NCBI GenBank assembly: GCA_040005235.1
Contig: JBDTZG010000020.1
Location: 1-64,000, forward strand
DNA from: Acidobacteriota bacterium
GTDB lineage: Bacteria; Acidobacteriota; Thermoanaerobaculia; Multivoradales; UBA5704
Length of the DNA stretch: 64,000 nt
Direction: 5' to 3'
The notes below the pieces were generated by a model. The model was not told where the DNA came from. It did not search any database and saw only the letters and a list, made by a program, of their open reading frames with translations. Positions 37,827 to 46,945 of the stretch are shown here, in pieces. A program made the translations under genes and the position numbers. How positions within the stretch are numbered: the first letter of the stretch is position 1; the number at the start of each line of letters is the position of its first letter.

Positions 37827-39194
37827 CTACCCCCCCACCACCTCTTCGAACAGCAACTCGGCTTTTCCAGTGTCCTGGTAATACGAGAGCCGCGCGGTTT
37901 TCTTCGCGTCGTCGAATTTGGCGATCACGTACCCGTGGTTGTACATGTCGTCGGTGATACCCAATTGAACTGGATTTTCGTTGTTCGGCATCAGGGGGAT
38001 CTTGTCGCCCACCCGCGAGGCGTAGGGCACTTGGTCGGTGAGGACCGGGACGGCGGCGTGGCCGATGCACCGCCCTCGGGAAAGGCCGGCGTAGGGACCG
38101 TAGATCTCCAGGTTGTGCTCGTGCCCCCAAAGCCAGGCGTCGATTTCCGGGAGCACGTCGGCGAACTGAGCCAGCAGGCGGGTGTTCATCGAGCGGTCGC
38201 CGTTGTTCGCCGGGCCGATCGGGGAAAAGGCCGAGAACAGCTGGTGGTGAGAGAGCAGGATCGTCCGACGTCCGGCGGAGTTGTTGATCTTGTCCTTGGC
38301 CCAAGCCAGCTCGGCGTCTTCGAGGTAGGTCATCGAGGTCGCCACGTCGAACAAGTCGTCGTCGTGGAGCCCCGTGTTGAGGCCCAAGATTTGCCACCCG
38401 GAGCTTTGCAAGCAGAAAAAGCTATGCGATTGGACCTGCCCTTCCGGCGCGAACGACGGCAGGTTCAGACGGTCGAGCGTGCTGTAGTACCCGGCTCCGC
38501 CCGAGTACATGTCGTGGTTGCCGGGAAGGTTGAACACCGGCAGCGGCCGGTCCGGCCCGCGACCGAAGATCTGGTTGATCGGATCGAGGAAGTACCGCTC
38601 GTTTTCCGAGGCGGTGCCTGAGTAGTAGACGTCGCCCAGGTGAATCAGCACGTCCGGCTTGTGGGCGGCAACTTTTTCGAGCAGGGCGATCGCTTCGGCC
38701 GTCCCGGTACCCCAGTCGGCGATCAGCGCCACCGTCGCGTTTTCTGACAGAACGTGAGGCGCCGGATCGCCCAGCCCGGTCGAGGGGCGATAGGGAACGG
38801 AGCCTTTGTCGAAGTCGAAGAAATGGACGTAGGCGGCCACCGCCTCGGACCAGAGCGGATCGCAAGTGCCGAACCTGAGCTCGGATTCGAGCTCGGCGAT
38901 CTCTTCCGCCGGTCGGTGCTCTATCTTCGCGGTGGCGATCCGCAGCGCCAGGTGGGCGCACTCTTGGTGGGTGGTGCACGCAGGGTCGGGCGGCGCGGCC
39001 GAAGCGAACGAGCCGCCCGCGGCCCCTGCCGCCACCGCCGAAGCGCCGGCCGCGGCGGCCGCCGAGACGACCGGGTGGTCGAGCGTCGGGCGTTGGCCCG
39101 CGGGGGCCGGCGGTTCGCTCTGCCGGTGGAGCACCTCGTCGACAATCGACTGCCACCGCGAGACGTGCGGATCGCGAAAGGTCTTGACGCTCAA
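37827..39194 (-). CDS. Calcineurin-like metallophosphoesterase
   Basis: IADWGTG, HLGDVYYSG, PGNHDMYSG, LSHHQ, WGHEH; TTG start with GGGAGG RBS. Confidence 0.9.
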   Translation of the reverse strand: MSVKTFRDPHVSRWQSIVDEVLHRQSEPPAPAGQRPTLDHPVVSAAAAAGASAVAAGAAGGSFASAAPPDPACTTHQECAHLALRIATAKIEHRPAEEIAELESELRFGTCDPLWSEAVAAYVHFFDFDKGSVPYRPSTGLGDPAPHVLSENATVALIADWGTGTAEAIALLEKVAAHKPDVLIHLGDVYYSGTASENERYFLDPINQIFGRGPDRPLPVFNLPGNHDMYSGGAGYYSTLDRLNLPSFAPEGQVQSHSFFCLQSSGWQILGLNTGLHDDDLFDVATSMTYLEDAELAWAKDKINNSAGRRTILLSHHQLFSAFSPIGPANNGDRSMNTRLLAQFADVLPEIDAWLWGHEHNLEIYGPYAGLSRGRCIGHAAVPVLTDQVPYASRVGDKIPLMPNNENPVQLGITDDMYNHGYVIAKFDDAKKTARLSYYQDTGKAELLFEEVVGG

Positions 39195-39206
39195 ACGTAG
39201 CCTCCC

Positions 39207-39818
39207 TTAGATCTTCGCGTGCCTCACGTAGGTGTTCCACAGCTCGCCCAGGAAGAAGCCGCCGAACTTGGTGAACGCCGCGGACTTTTCCTCGAACGTT
39301 TCAGCTCCCGGAGCGGCCATGGTGCCGAGCAATTGAATCAGCTGCTTGACCCCCAAGGTGAGAATGCCCGCGCCGATCGTTGGTCCGCTCTTGTCGGTCC
39401 CCTCGTGGAGGGTCGAATAAAGCGTCGTCGTATCGCTCCATAGGTCAAAGCCCGGATCGTCCCGAACGTTCTTCTGACCGGCGAAATAGTAGGCCTTGCC
39501 CCCGTCGGTGAAGCCCATTTCGTAGACCATCAGCGTGAGCCGCGGGTCGTCGGTGGGGCGAAACAGGTTAAAGACTCCGGAAGTGGAAGCCAGGCCATCG
39601 CCGAACGGGGTGAAATCGATTGTTCCCGACAGCTTGCCCGGATGCTCGGCCTCCGCGATGAAGCGGCCGAGGTCTTCGATCAGGATCGAGCCGTGGAGCG
39701 TCAGCTCGCTCCCCTCGCTTCGACCCTTCTTCTTGCCGGCCGCCGCATCGGTCTCGCCCAAGGCGAAGCCACCCGACATCACTTCCTGGAAGCTGATGCC
39801 AACGGTTTTCACGCTCAT
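39207..39818 (-). CDS. Hypothetical protein (resembles the domain found C-terminal in cholesterol-oxidase/GMC fusion proteins)
   Basis: FQEVMSG, GVFNLF, MVYEM, GQKNV, WSDTTTLYSTLHEG, GAGILTL, FGGFFLGELWNTY; AAGGAG RBS. Confidence 0.7.
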   Translation of the reverse strand: MSVKTVGISFQEVMSGGFALGETDAAAGKKKGRSEGSELTLHGSILIEDLGRFIAEAEHPGKLSGTIDFTPFGDGLASTSGVFNLFRPTDDPRLTLMVYEMGFTDGGKAYYFAGQKNVRDDPGFDLWSDTTTLYSTLHEGTDKSGPTIGAGILTLGVKQLIQLLGTMAAPGAETFEEKSAAFTKFGGFFLGELWNTYVRHAKI

Positions 39819-39922
39819 CGGTTCTCCTTTCGGGGAAAGGTAGAGCTCGTCGAGACACTCGGAAAGGTGCTGTTGTAGTAAGCGAAGGGTAGCACAAGGC
39901 AGCCTCTGCCGAGTCGCTGCGG

Positions 39923-40939
39923 CTACCTTCCGGATGCGGCTATCCCCGGCCACCAATGGGCGGGAGGCAGGTCGCGCATGGTGATCAAACCGGAAGGAGC
40001 CGCAAGCACCCGAGGGATCGCGTTGACCACGATCGAAGCCGTCGCGAGGTCGCCCGGGATGCCTCCTTCGACCCGCGATTTGAGCGCGGGCGAGCCGGCG
40101 ATCTCGATCTCGTCATAGCTCGCGGGCGCCCCCAGATAGGCCTCGAATTCGAGGCGAATGCGAACCCGATCGCCTTCCTTGCCCAATCCGAGCTGGACCA
40201 CGCCGCTGCAATCTCCCGCTGCCACCTCGAGATCCGGCGAGGCGACGCGAGCGACCGCGATCTTCGGCCAGATCTCGTCGGTGACCGAATCGAGCTTCCA
40301 GCCGAACGCGCTCGCGAGCATTCCAATCGATTCGGCGAGCCCGACATGGCGGACGCCGCCGGCCGCCACTTTCGCGTGGAACTCGGCGACCGTGAGCCCC
40401 GCGCCGATTTTCTGCTGGAACGGCAGCCGCCGCTTCGAAGCATCCTGAATGCGCCGGACGATCACCCCGTCGACCCGCTCGCAGACGGCGGTGAGCGCGA
40501 GCGGCAAAGCATCCATTGCGAAACCGGGATTGACTCCCGTGCCGAGCACCGCGCGTCCCACGGCTCGCGCCGCGTCATCGATCCGGCGCGCCAGCTCCGG
40601 CCGCTCGCGCCAGGGGAACGAAAGCTCCTCCGTGGTCGAGACGACCGCCACCCCGGCCGCTAAACATGCTTGGATCGTCCCCGTCACCTTTTCGAGCGCC
40701 GAGCTGGTCGAAACGACGGCGATTTCGGGCTTGAGCTCAGCCAGCGCCGCCGCGAGATCTCCCGAAACCGCGATTCCGAGGTCTTTCCCCAATCCACAGA
40801 TCGGTCCGAGATCGCGGCCGACCTTGCCCGGATCGAGGTCGACCCCGCCCACCAGCTCGAACCCCGAGCGCGCTCCGATCTGCCGCGCGATCGACGCACC
40901 GATCGGCCCCAACCCCACCTGCAGCACGCGAATCGCCAT
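39923..40939 (-). CDS. NAD(P)-dependent dihydrodipicolinate reductase-like / 2,4-diaminopentanoate dehydrogenase family protein
   Basis: VGLGPIG Rossmann motif, VVSTTEEL, LGTGVNPGFAMD, RRLPFQQKIGAG, GDLATASIVVNAIP. Confidence 0.85.
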   Translation of the reverse strand: MAIRVLQVGLGPIGASIARQIGARSGFELVGGVDLDPGKVGRDLGPICGLGKDLGIAVSGDLAAALAELKPEIAVVSTSSALEKVTGTIQACLAAGVAVVSTTEELSFPWRERPELARRIDDAARAVGRAVLGTGVNPGFAMDALPLALTAVCERVDGVIVRRIQDASKRRLPFQQKIGAGLTVAEFHAKVAAGGVRHVGLAESIGMLASAFGWKLDSVTDEIWPKIAVARVASPDLEVAAGDCSGVVQLGLGKEGDRVRIRLEFEAYLGAPASYDEIEIAGSPALKSRVEGGIPGDLATASIVVNAIPRVLAAPSGLITMRDLPPAHWWPGIAASGR

Positions 40940-41073
40940 GGCAGCCTCTCTTCGACTTCGGGGAACCTGAGAATTGCGGCGAGAGTGTAGCGGGAGTTGG
41001 AGTCTCACAAAAGCAAGTGCGGACATCTTGGGGCGTTCAAGAGGAACCGAACGGGCGCGAGTAAGATACGCCC

Positions 41074-42474
41074 GTGCAACCCTTCACCCTCGACGAGCTG
41101 TCCCAGCTCTCTCCAGAGAAAGCGGTCGCCAATCGCTTCGACATATCGAATCTCGGCAAGGCGCGCTGGTTCCTGGTGGTCTACGCGCTGGCCACCGCGG
41201 GCGGGACGATCGCCGCCTCGATCGGCGATCACCGGCGGCTGGCGATCCTGGTGCCGAATCTCGTCTTCGCCCTGATCTTTTCCTTCGCGCTGCGCCGCTG
41301 GCATTTGAGTCGCCGGAGTGACGAAGGGGTCGATCGGGTGCTCGAACCGGTGCGTCGGCTGATCGTCGGACATCCACGTGCGGCGATCGTGACTCTTCTC
41401 GTCACGTTGCTTCAGTCGACTTTACTTGCGACGCTCGGGCTCGACGGTTTGATCCCGCTCCTGGTGATCGCCGGGTACTTCGTGCCGCCGTTCCGGATGC
41501 GGCCGGTCGAGCGGCTCCTGATCCATGGATCTCTGGTGCTCGGCCTGCTGCTTGCGGCGCTGTTGGGAGTGGCGGTAGCCGAGAAGAAGACCGACGTCAC
41601 GGGGACGGTCGCCGCGGTGGTCAGCAACCAGTTCTTCGCCCTAATCGTCGGGCTCGCGGCCTCCCGGCGGAATCGACGCGACATCCTCGGCATCTTCATA
41701 TCGGCGCAGGAGAGCACGAAGGATCAGCTGCGGATGCGCCAGGAGCTGGACTACGCCCGCGAGATCCAACTCGCCATGCTGCCCTCCGGCTGTCCGCCGC
41801 AAGGCTGGCTCGACATCTGTAGCGTTTCCTGGCCGGCGACCGAGGTGGGCGGCGATTACTACGATTATTTCCCGCTCGAAGGAGGCCGCTTGGCCGTGGT
41901 GGTAGGCGACGTCGCCGGCCATGGGATGGCGAGCGGTCTGTTGCTGGCAGGGGTCCGCAGTTGCCTCACGATCCTGGCCACCGAGCTCGATCAGCCGCTC
42001 GCCGTGTTGGCCAAGCTCAATCTGATGGTGCAGCAGACGGCGCGGCGGCGAAAGCTGGTGACACTCGCGATCGTCGTCTTCGATCCGGTTCGCCGGATCG
42101 CCACGGTGGCGAACGCCGGGCATCCCCCGGTCCTTCTTTCGAACGCCAGAGGGGTCTCAGAGGTGGCGCTCCCCTCGCTGCCGCTCGGGACGCAGCTCGA
42201 TCCCCACTTCGGCCTCCGCGAGCTGCCGCTCGAAGACGGCGACGTGCTGCTGCTGCATTCCGACGGCCTTTACGAAGGAGTGGACCGGTTCGGCGAACCC
42301 TACGGATTGGACCGCCTCGCGGCGTCGCTCGCCCGCGTACCGCGAGAGCTGGAGGCGACGGCGGTGCGCGATGCCCTGCTCGCCGATTTCTCCGCTTTTC
42401 AGGGAGGCGCACCCCAGCGCGACGACCTGACGTTCGTGGTGGTGAGAATCAGCGCCGACGGGCCTACCGGTTGA
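41074..42474 (+). CDS. Membrane-bound PP2C/SpoIIE (RsbU-like) phosphatase
   Basis: About 6 hydrophobic segments, then AREIQLAMLP, VGGDYYD, GDVAGHG, NAGHPP, HSDGL, RDDLT. Confidence 0.9.
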   Translation: MQPFTLDELSQLSPEKAVANRFDISNLGKARWFLVVYALATAGGTIAASIGDHRRLAILVPNLVFALIFSFALRRWHLSRRSDEGVDRVLEPVRRLIVGHPRAAIVTLLVTLLQSTLLATLGLDGLIPLLVIAGYFVPPFRMRPVERLLIHGSLVLGLLLAALLGVAVAEKKTDVTGTVAAVVSNQFFALIVGLAASRRNRRDILGIFISAQESTKDQLRMRQELDYAREIQLAMLPSGCPPQGWLDICSVSWPATEVGGDYYDYFPLEGGRLAVVVGDVAGHGMASGLLLAGVRSCLTILATELDQPLAVLAKLNLMVQQTARRRKLVTLAIVVFDPVRRIATVANAGHPPVLLSNARGVSEVALPSLPLGTQLDPHFGLRELPLEDGDVLLLHSDGLYEGVDRFGEPYGLDRLAASLARVPRELEATAVRDALLADFSAFQGGAPQRDDLTFVVVRISADGPTG

Positions 42475-42880
42475 TCCGGCCCCGGCAGCCGGGCGCGCCG
42501 CAGGTGCAGCGCTTGGAGTCGGGGTGCCAGGTCGCCTGATAGTCGAGCACGATCTCTTCGCCTGCCGAGATATCGCGTAGAGCGAAGAACAGCACGTGTC
42601 CGGCAAGAATCTTCAAGTAGCAGTTCGGCGCGCAGGAGTGGTTCATGCAATGGGTGCCGTTACCGCCCCGGCTGCCGTCGATCGCCCAATACGAATCGAT
42701 CGCACAGATTCGATGTTTGCGGCTGCGGCGAACCCGCCGCGCGATCTCGGCGCGGGAGATCCTCTCTCCCGTGTACTCGGCAATCTTCTTGGCCTTCAGG
42801 AAGGTCCGGGTGGCGAAGCACCCTTTGCCATCGATCGGCGAGGGCGCGATGGCAAGCCCGGGAGCGAGGCGGTCGCCCAT
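42464..42880 (-). CDS. SET domain protein-lysine methyltransferase with post-SET motif
   Basis: SPIDGKGCFA, IAEYTGE, MNHSCAPNC, GEEIVLDY, CTCGAPGCRG. Confidence 0.92.
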   Translation of the reverse strand: MGDRLAPGLAIAPSPIDGKGCFATRTFLKAKKIAEYTGERISRAEIARRVRRSRKHRICAIDSYWAIDGSRGGNGTHCMNHSCAPNCYLKILAGHVLFFALRDISAGEEIVLDYQATWHPDSKRCTCGAPGCRGRINR

Positions 42881-42889
42881 CGAAAGACG

Positions 42890-43333
42890 TCAGTCGAGAA
42901 ATTCGACGGCGTTCGGCAGCTCGTCCACGTCGTCGCTCCGACGCGGGAAATGGGTCGCCAGCTCGGCTGACAGCCGTTCGAGCGCAGCGACAATTCCGCC
43001 GGTGAAATCGCCGTTCCGGAAATGGCGGGAGATTTCAGCTGCGACCTCCTCCCAAAAGGCGGGATGGACCTTCTCGTGAATTCCTACATCACCCAGCACC
43101 GCGAAGCGGCGACGCGACGGAACGACAAACAGCAACACGCCGTTGCGCTCGGCCGTCGCCCGCATGCCAAGCCGGTCGAAGGCACGGTCGGCGACCTTTT
43201 GCACGTCGCCCCAGAACAGCGGCGAGACGGCCACGCGCACCTCCCCCGAGGTGATCGATTCGGCCGCTTCGATCGCTTTCTCAACGCGATCCTTGTCGAT
43301 CGCTCGGTACAAACTTCGCCGGGTGAGGATCAT
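42890..43333 (-). CDS. TPM (DUF477) domain protein
   Basis: AIEAAESITSGEVRV, RNGVLLFV...FAVLGDVGIH, DVDELPN. Confidence 0.9.
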   Translation of the reverse strand: MILTRRSLYRAIDKDRVEKAIEAAESITSGEVRVAVSPLFWGDVQKVADRAFDRLGMRATAERNGVLLFVVPSRRRFAVLGDVGIHEKVHPAFWEEVAAEISRHFRNGDFTGGIVAALERLSAELATHFPRRSDDVDELPNAVEFLD

Positions 43334-43346
43334 CGATTCTCCTCCT

Positions 43347-44153
43347 TCACCAGGAACCCGTGGCGCCACCGCCACCGCCCCGCCCACCACCGCCGCTCCA
43401 GCCCCCGCCACCGCCTCCGCCACCCCGCCCACCCCCGCCCGACGAACCCGAAAGGATCTGCAGCAGCAGCCAGAACGCGAGCCCTGGGTTGGTGATGATG
43501 AAGATCAAAACACCGATCGCGATCAGCGCGTAGAGGATCTTCTGGCCCATCGACAGGGGCTGATCGGCCGGCTCCGCGGCCGGTTGCTGCCGGGCGGGCG
43601 AACCGCCCGGTACTACCGCGCCGTTTCCCGGTTCGCCCTCGATCGCCGAGATCAGTCCGGCGACTCCTTCGGTGATCGCCCCGTCCCGGTCGCCCGCGCG
43701 AATCTTCGGCAGAATCCGGTCCTGGATGATCCGGTTGGCGATGATGTCGGGGACCCGTTCCTCGAGGCCGTAGCCGACCTCCACCCGAACCTTCCGGTCG
43801 TCGGCGAAGACGAACAGAACCAGACCGTCGTCGATCCCCTTCCGGCCGACCCTCCAGGCGGTGAAGGTCTTGATCGTGAAGTCTTCGACCGCGCCATCGC
43901 CGAACGTCGGACCGATCCAGACCAGCACCTGGTGGCCGGAGCTGAGCTCATAGCTTTCGAGCTGCGAATCGAGGCGATCCTTGGTCTCGGCCGAAAGAAA
44001 ACTTGCCGTATCGGTCACCCAGCGGGTGGGCGCGGGCGGGATCTCCTGCGCGACCGCGGCTCCGGAGAGCCACGCGAAGAGCCCGAGCAGGGGAAGCATA
44101 AAGGCAAGGCTTCGCAAAACGAGCGGGCGGCGAGGAAGGGAGCTTCTAAACAT
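43347..44153 (-). CDS. TPM domain protein with Gly-rich C-terminal tail (YgcG-like)
   Basis: WVTDTASFLS, WRVGRKGIDDGLVL, VEVGYGLEE, GGGWSGGGGRGGGGGATGSW. Start is approximate. Confidence 0.88.
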   Translation of the reverse strand: MFRSSLPRRPLVLRSLAFMLPLLGLFAWLSGAAVAQEIPPAPTRWVTDTASFLSAETKDRLDSQLESYELSSGHQVLVWIGPTFGDGAVEDFTIKTFTAWRVGRKGIDDGLVLFVFADDRKVRVEVGYGLEERVPDIIANRIIQDRILPKIRAGDRDGAITEGVAGLISAIEGEPGNGAVVPGGSPARQQPAAEPADQPLSMGQKILYALIAIGVLIFIITNPGLAFWLLLQILSGSSGGGGRGGGGGGGGWSGGGGRGGGGGATGSW

Positions 44154-44169
44154 GAGCCGAGGTTTGACC

Positions 44170-44940
44170 CTACATCGCGCGACGATAGCGGCCGAAGGAA
44201 CCGGTGGCAAACAGGCCGCAGACGAGAGCGAAGGCCGCGAGCAGCGCGAGGCGCGTCGCCAGCTCGTGCGGCGCACCCCCTTCGAACCCGTCGCGCGCGG
44301 CGACGATCGCCCAGTTCACCGGGTTGACGTTCGCGGCCCGCTGCACCCAAACAGGCATCAGGTTGGCGGACATCAACATCGTTGAGGTGAACGTGGCCGG
44401 CAGGATCACGAAGTTCATCACCGCGATCACCGTCTCCTGCCGTCGCGCGAGCAAGGCCACGGCGTTCGAAAAAGCCGCGACCGCCGCGCCGAGCAGGGAC
44501 GCCGAAAGCATGACCAGGAGGATTCCGAGCAGGCCGCCCTTCGCTTTGGCTCCCAGCAGCATGGCGACGCCGATGATCAACCCGGCCTGGAGGAACACCT
44601 GCACTCCCGAGTTGAGCAGACGGGCCGCGATGATCGAGCCGCGGGCTGCCGGTGTCGCGAGCAGGCGATCGAGCACGCCGCGCTCGATGTCGACCAGCAT
44701 GCCCATGCCGGAATGGGCGGCGCCGAACAGCGCGGTCATGATCGCCACACCGGGCGCCAAAAACTGCACGTACGACGTGGCGCCGAAGCCGGGGATCTGG
44801 ACCACCGAGCGGAACAGGGCGCCGAACATCGCAACCCAGAGGATCGGCTGGGCGATCGACAGGATGATGAACACCGGCATGCGCATTGTCGCCCGGACCA
44901 GGCGGAGGAAGAGAATCCAGGTATCGCGAAGGAATTCCAT
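44170..44940 (-). CDS. ABC-2 type transporter permease (DrrB-like)
   Basis: IAQPILW, YVQFLAPGV, DIERGVLDRLLATP, NPVNWA. Confidence 0.9.
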   Translation of the reverse strand: MEFLRDTWILFLRLVRATMRMPVFIILSIAQPILWVAMFGALFRSVVQIPGFGATSYVQFLAPGVAIMTALFGAAHSGMGMLVDIERGVLDRLLATPAARGSIIAARLLNSGVQVFLQAGLIIGVAMLLGAKAKGGLLGILLVMLSASLLGAAVAAFSNAVALLARRQETVIAVMNFVILPATFTSTMLMSANLMPVWVQRAANVNPVNWAIVAARDGFEGGAPHELATRLALLAAFALVCGLFATGSFGRYRRAM

Positions 44941-44943
44941 GGG

Positions 44944-45954
44944 TCAGCTCTCCTGGTAGGCGTGGCCGGTGGCGTTCAGATAGACGTCGTCGAGCGAGGG
45001 CCGGGTGAGGGCGACCCCGGCGACCGCGATTCCGGCACGTTCGAGCACGCCGAGCACCGTGGGCAGCTCTCGCGCTCCGTCGATCACATGGGCGTAGACC
45101 CGGTCGGCGCGCCCGGCGTCGGCCAAGACGCCCTTGACTCCGGCAAGGCCGCCGAGCAGCGTCCGAGCCTCGCCGCTCTTTGCGGATTCGACGAGCTGGA
45201 GCGAAATCCGATCGCCCGCGAGCTGAGCTTTCAGGCCATCCGGCGTCCCTTCGGCGACGACCTGCCCTTTGTCGACGATCGCCAGCCGATCGGCGAGCTG
45301 ATCCGCCTCTTCAAGGTAATGGGTGGTGAGCAGTAGGGTCAGCCCGCCCGCGGCGAGGCGGCGGACTTCGCGCCAGAGCACCGCGCGGCTCTCGGGGTCG
45401 AGCCCCGTCGTCGGCTCGTCGAGGAAGAGCACCTCGGGCCGGTGAACGAGCCCCATCGCGACGTCCAGCCGGCGTTTCATACCGCCGGAATAGGTGCGTG
45501 AGGCCCGATGCGCGGCGTCCGTGAGCGCGAACAGTTCGAGCAGCTCGTCCACCCGGGATTTGAGCTCCGGGGCCGGAATGCGGAACAGCCGCCCTTGCAG
45601 CTCCAGGTTCTCTCGTCCGGTGGCCGCGAAGTCGACCCCGGATGCCTGGGCGACGCAACCGATCCGTCGCCGGACCTCACGGGCGTCGCGGACGACGTCG
45701 AAGCCGAAGACGGTGCCGCTTCCCCCGGTCGGCTCGGAGAGCGTGGTGAGGATCTTGACCGCGGTCGACTTGCCCGCCCCGTTGGGGCCGAGAAGGCCGA
45801 ACACCTCGCCCGCGCGGACCGAGAAGGAAATCCCCCGCAGCGCCTCGACGCCGCCGGAGTAGGTCTTCTTCAAATCGCGCGCTTCGATCGCCAGCACGTC
45901 GGAGGCGCGAGGGATCTCGTTCGCGCTCGGCGCGACGGAATCGGCAGATGTCAT
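44944..45954 (-). CDS. ABC transporter ATP-binding protein (DrrA-like)
   Basis: GPNGAGKST, YSGGMKRRLDVA, FLDEPTTGLD, TTHYLEEAD, RPSLDDVYL. Confidence 0.93.
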   Translation of the reverse strand: MTSADSVAPSANEIPRASDVLAIEARDLKKTYSGGVEALRGISFSVRAGEVFGLLGPNGAGKSTAVKILTTLSEPTGGSGTVFGFDVVRDAREVRRRIGCVAQASGVDFAATGRENLELQGRLFRIPAPELKSRVDELLELFALTDAAHRASRTYSGGMKRRLDVAMGLVHRPEVLFLDEPTTGLDPESRAVLWREVRRLAAGGLTLLLTTHYLEEADQLADRLAIVDKGQVVAEGTPDGLKAQLAGDRISLQLVESAKSGEARTLLGGLAGVKGVLADAGRADRVYAHVIDGARELPTVLGVLERAGIAVAGVALTRPSLDDVYLNATGHAYQES

Positions 45955-46010
45955 GGAAGTTCCTCGAAATCGAGGCTCACCGCGAGCCGACGCAGAGTGT
46001 ACGGGAAAAC

Positions 46011-46865
46011 CTAGCCTCCGTCGTCCGGCAGGAGGCTGCCCGGAATCCGCGTGAACCGGTTGCCGGGGCGCGAGGGCGGCAAAGACCCGGGGACCGGCGT
46101 CGGGCTGGGGCTCCCGGGCGTCGGCTCGGTGCGCGGGCGGGGTTGCGGGATCGGCGCAGGCGTATAAACCAGCGGCCAGGGATAGTAGACCGGCGCCACA
46201 GGAAGAAGGACCGGCACAGAGGCCGCCCGTTCCGCGTCTTGCCGTTCCAATGTCGCGTTGAGTAGCGAAAGTTCAAGCTGGCGGGTCAGGCGGTCGCGCG
46301 ACTCGGCCTCGCGGGCCGCGGTCTTTCGACTCCGTTCCTCTTCGAGCGACCGCTCGCGGTCGGCGAGCTCCTTGGCAGAGATCCATTGCCCGCCGTCGCG
46401 GACCAGGCCCTTCCGATGCATCGATTCCTCGTAGGGAATCCACCGCCCCAGATCGCCTTCCAACACGTAATCGAGACGGCGCATCAGCGGGGGAAGCCCC
46501 TGGAGGCCCGGATCGATCTTCGCCGCCTTGAGCGCCGCTTCGCGGACGCCCGTTTCGAGACCCTGGCCCTGCGCCCAGAGAGCGAGACCCAGCCAGCCTT
46601 CAGCGCTCGGCGCCTTGCCGAGCGCGCTCTTCCTCGCGAGGTACTCGCCATAGGGGGAGGTTCCCCGGTCGATCCGCAGCACCTGCGCCCGGGAAATCGC
46701 CAATTCCCCGCCGGGCATCTTCATCCGGACCTGCGCGCCGTCTTCGGTCGCGATCACGTCGCGGAACGACTTGCCATTCTTCAAGTACACGTCGTCGGCG
46801 GAAGCGCCGAGGGGAAAGAGGGCGAGGAGAACGGCGGGACCGAAACTGAGGAGCGAGCGTCGCAT
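46011..46865 (-). CDS. Secreted hypothetical protein with Pro-rich tail
   Basis: Signal peptide, ADDVYLKNG, LALWAQGQGL, KGLVRDGGQWI. Confidence 0.75.
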   Translation of the reverse strand: MRRSLLSFGPAVLLALFPLGASADDVYLKNGKSFRDVIATEDGAQVRMKMPGGELAISRAQVLRIDRGTSPYGEYLARKSALGKAPSAEGWLGLALWAQGQGLETGVREAALKAAKIDPGLQGLPPLMRRLDYVLEGDLGRWIPYEESMHRKGLVRDGGQWISAKELADRERSLEEERSRKTAAREAESRDRLTRQLELSLLNATLERQDAERAASVPVLLPVAPVYYPWPLVYTPAPIPQPRPRTEPTPGSPSPTPVPGSLPPSRPGNRFTRIPGSLLPDDGG

Positions 46866-46945
46866 GGCGAGGTCTCCGAGCGTTACCTCGAATCGTAGCA
46901 CCGTCGATCGCTTTCCGGAGCGAGTCTGCTAGCCTCTGTCTCAAT

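Noticed and set aside
39180-39818. Both adjacent genes begin MSVKT
   Set aside because: Only five residues with different codons and no further similarity; probably coincidence.
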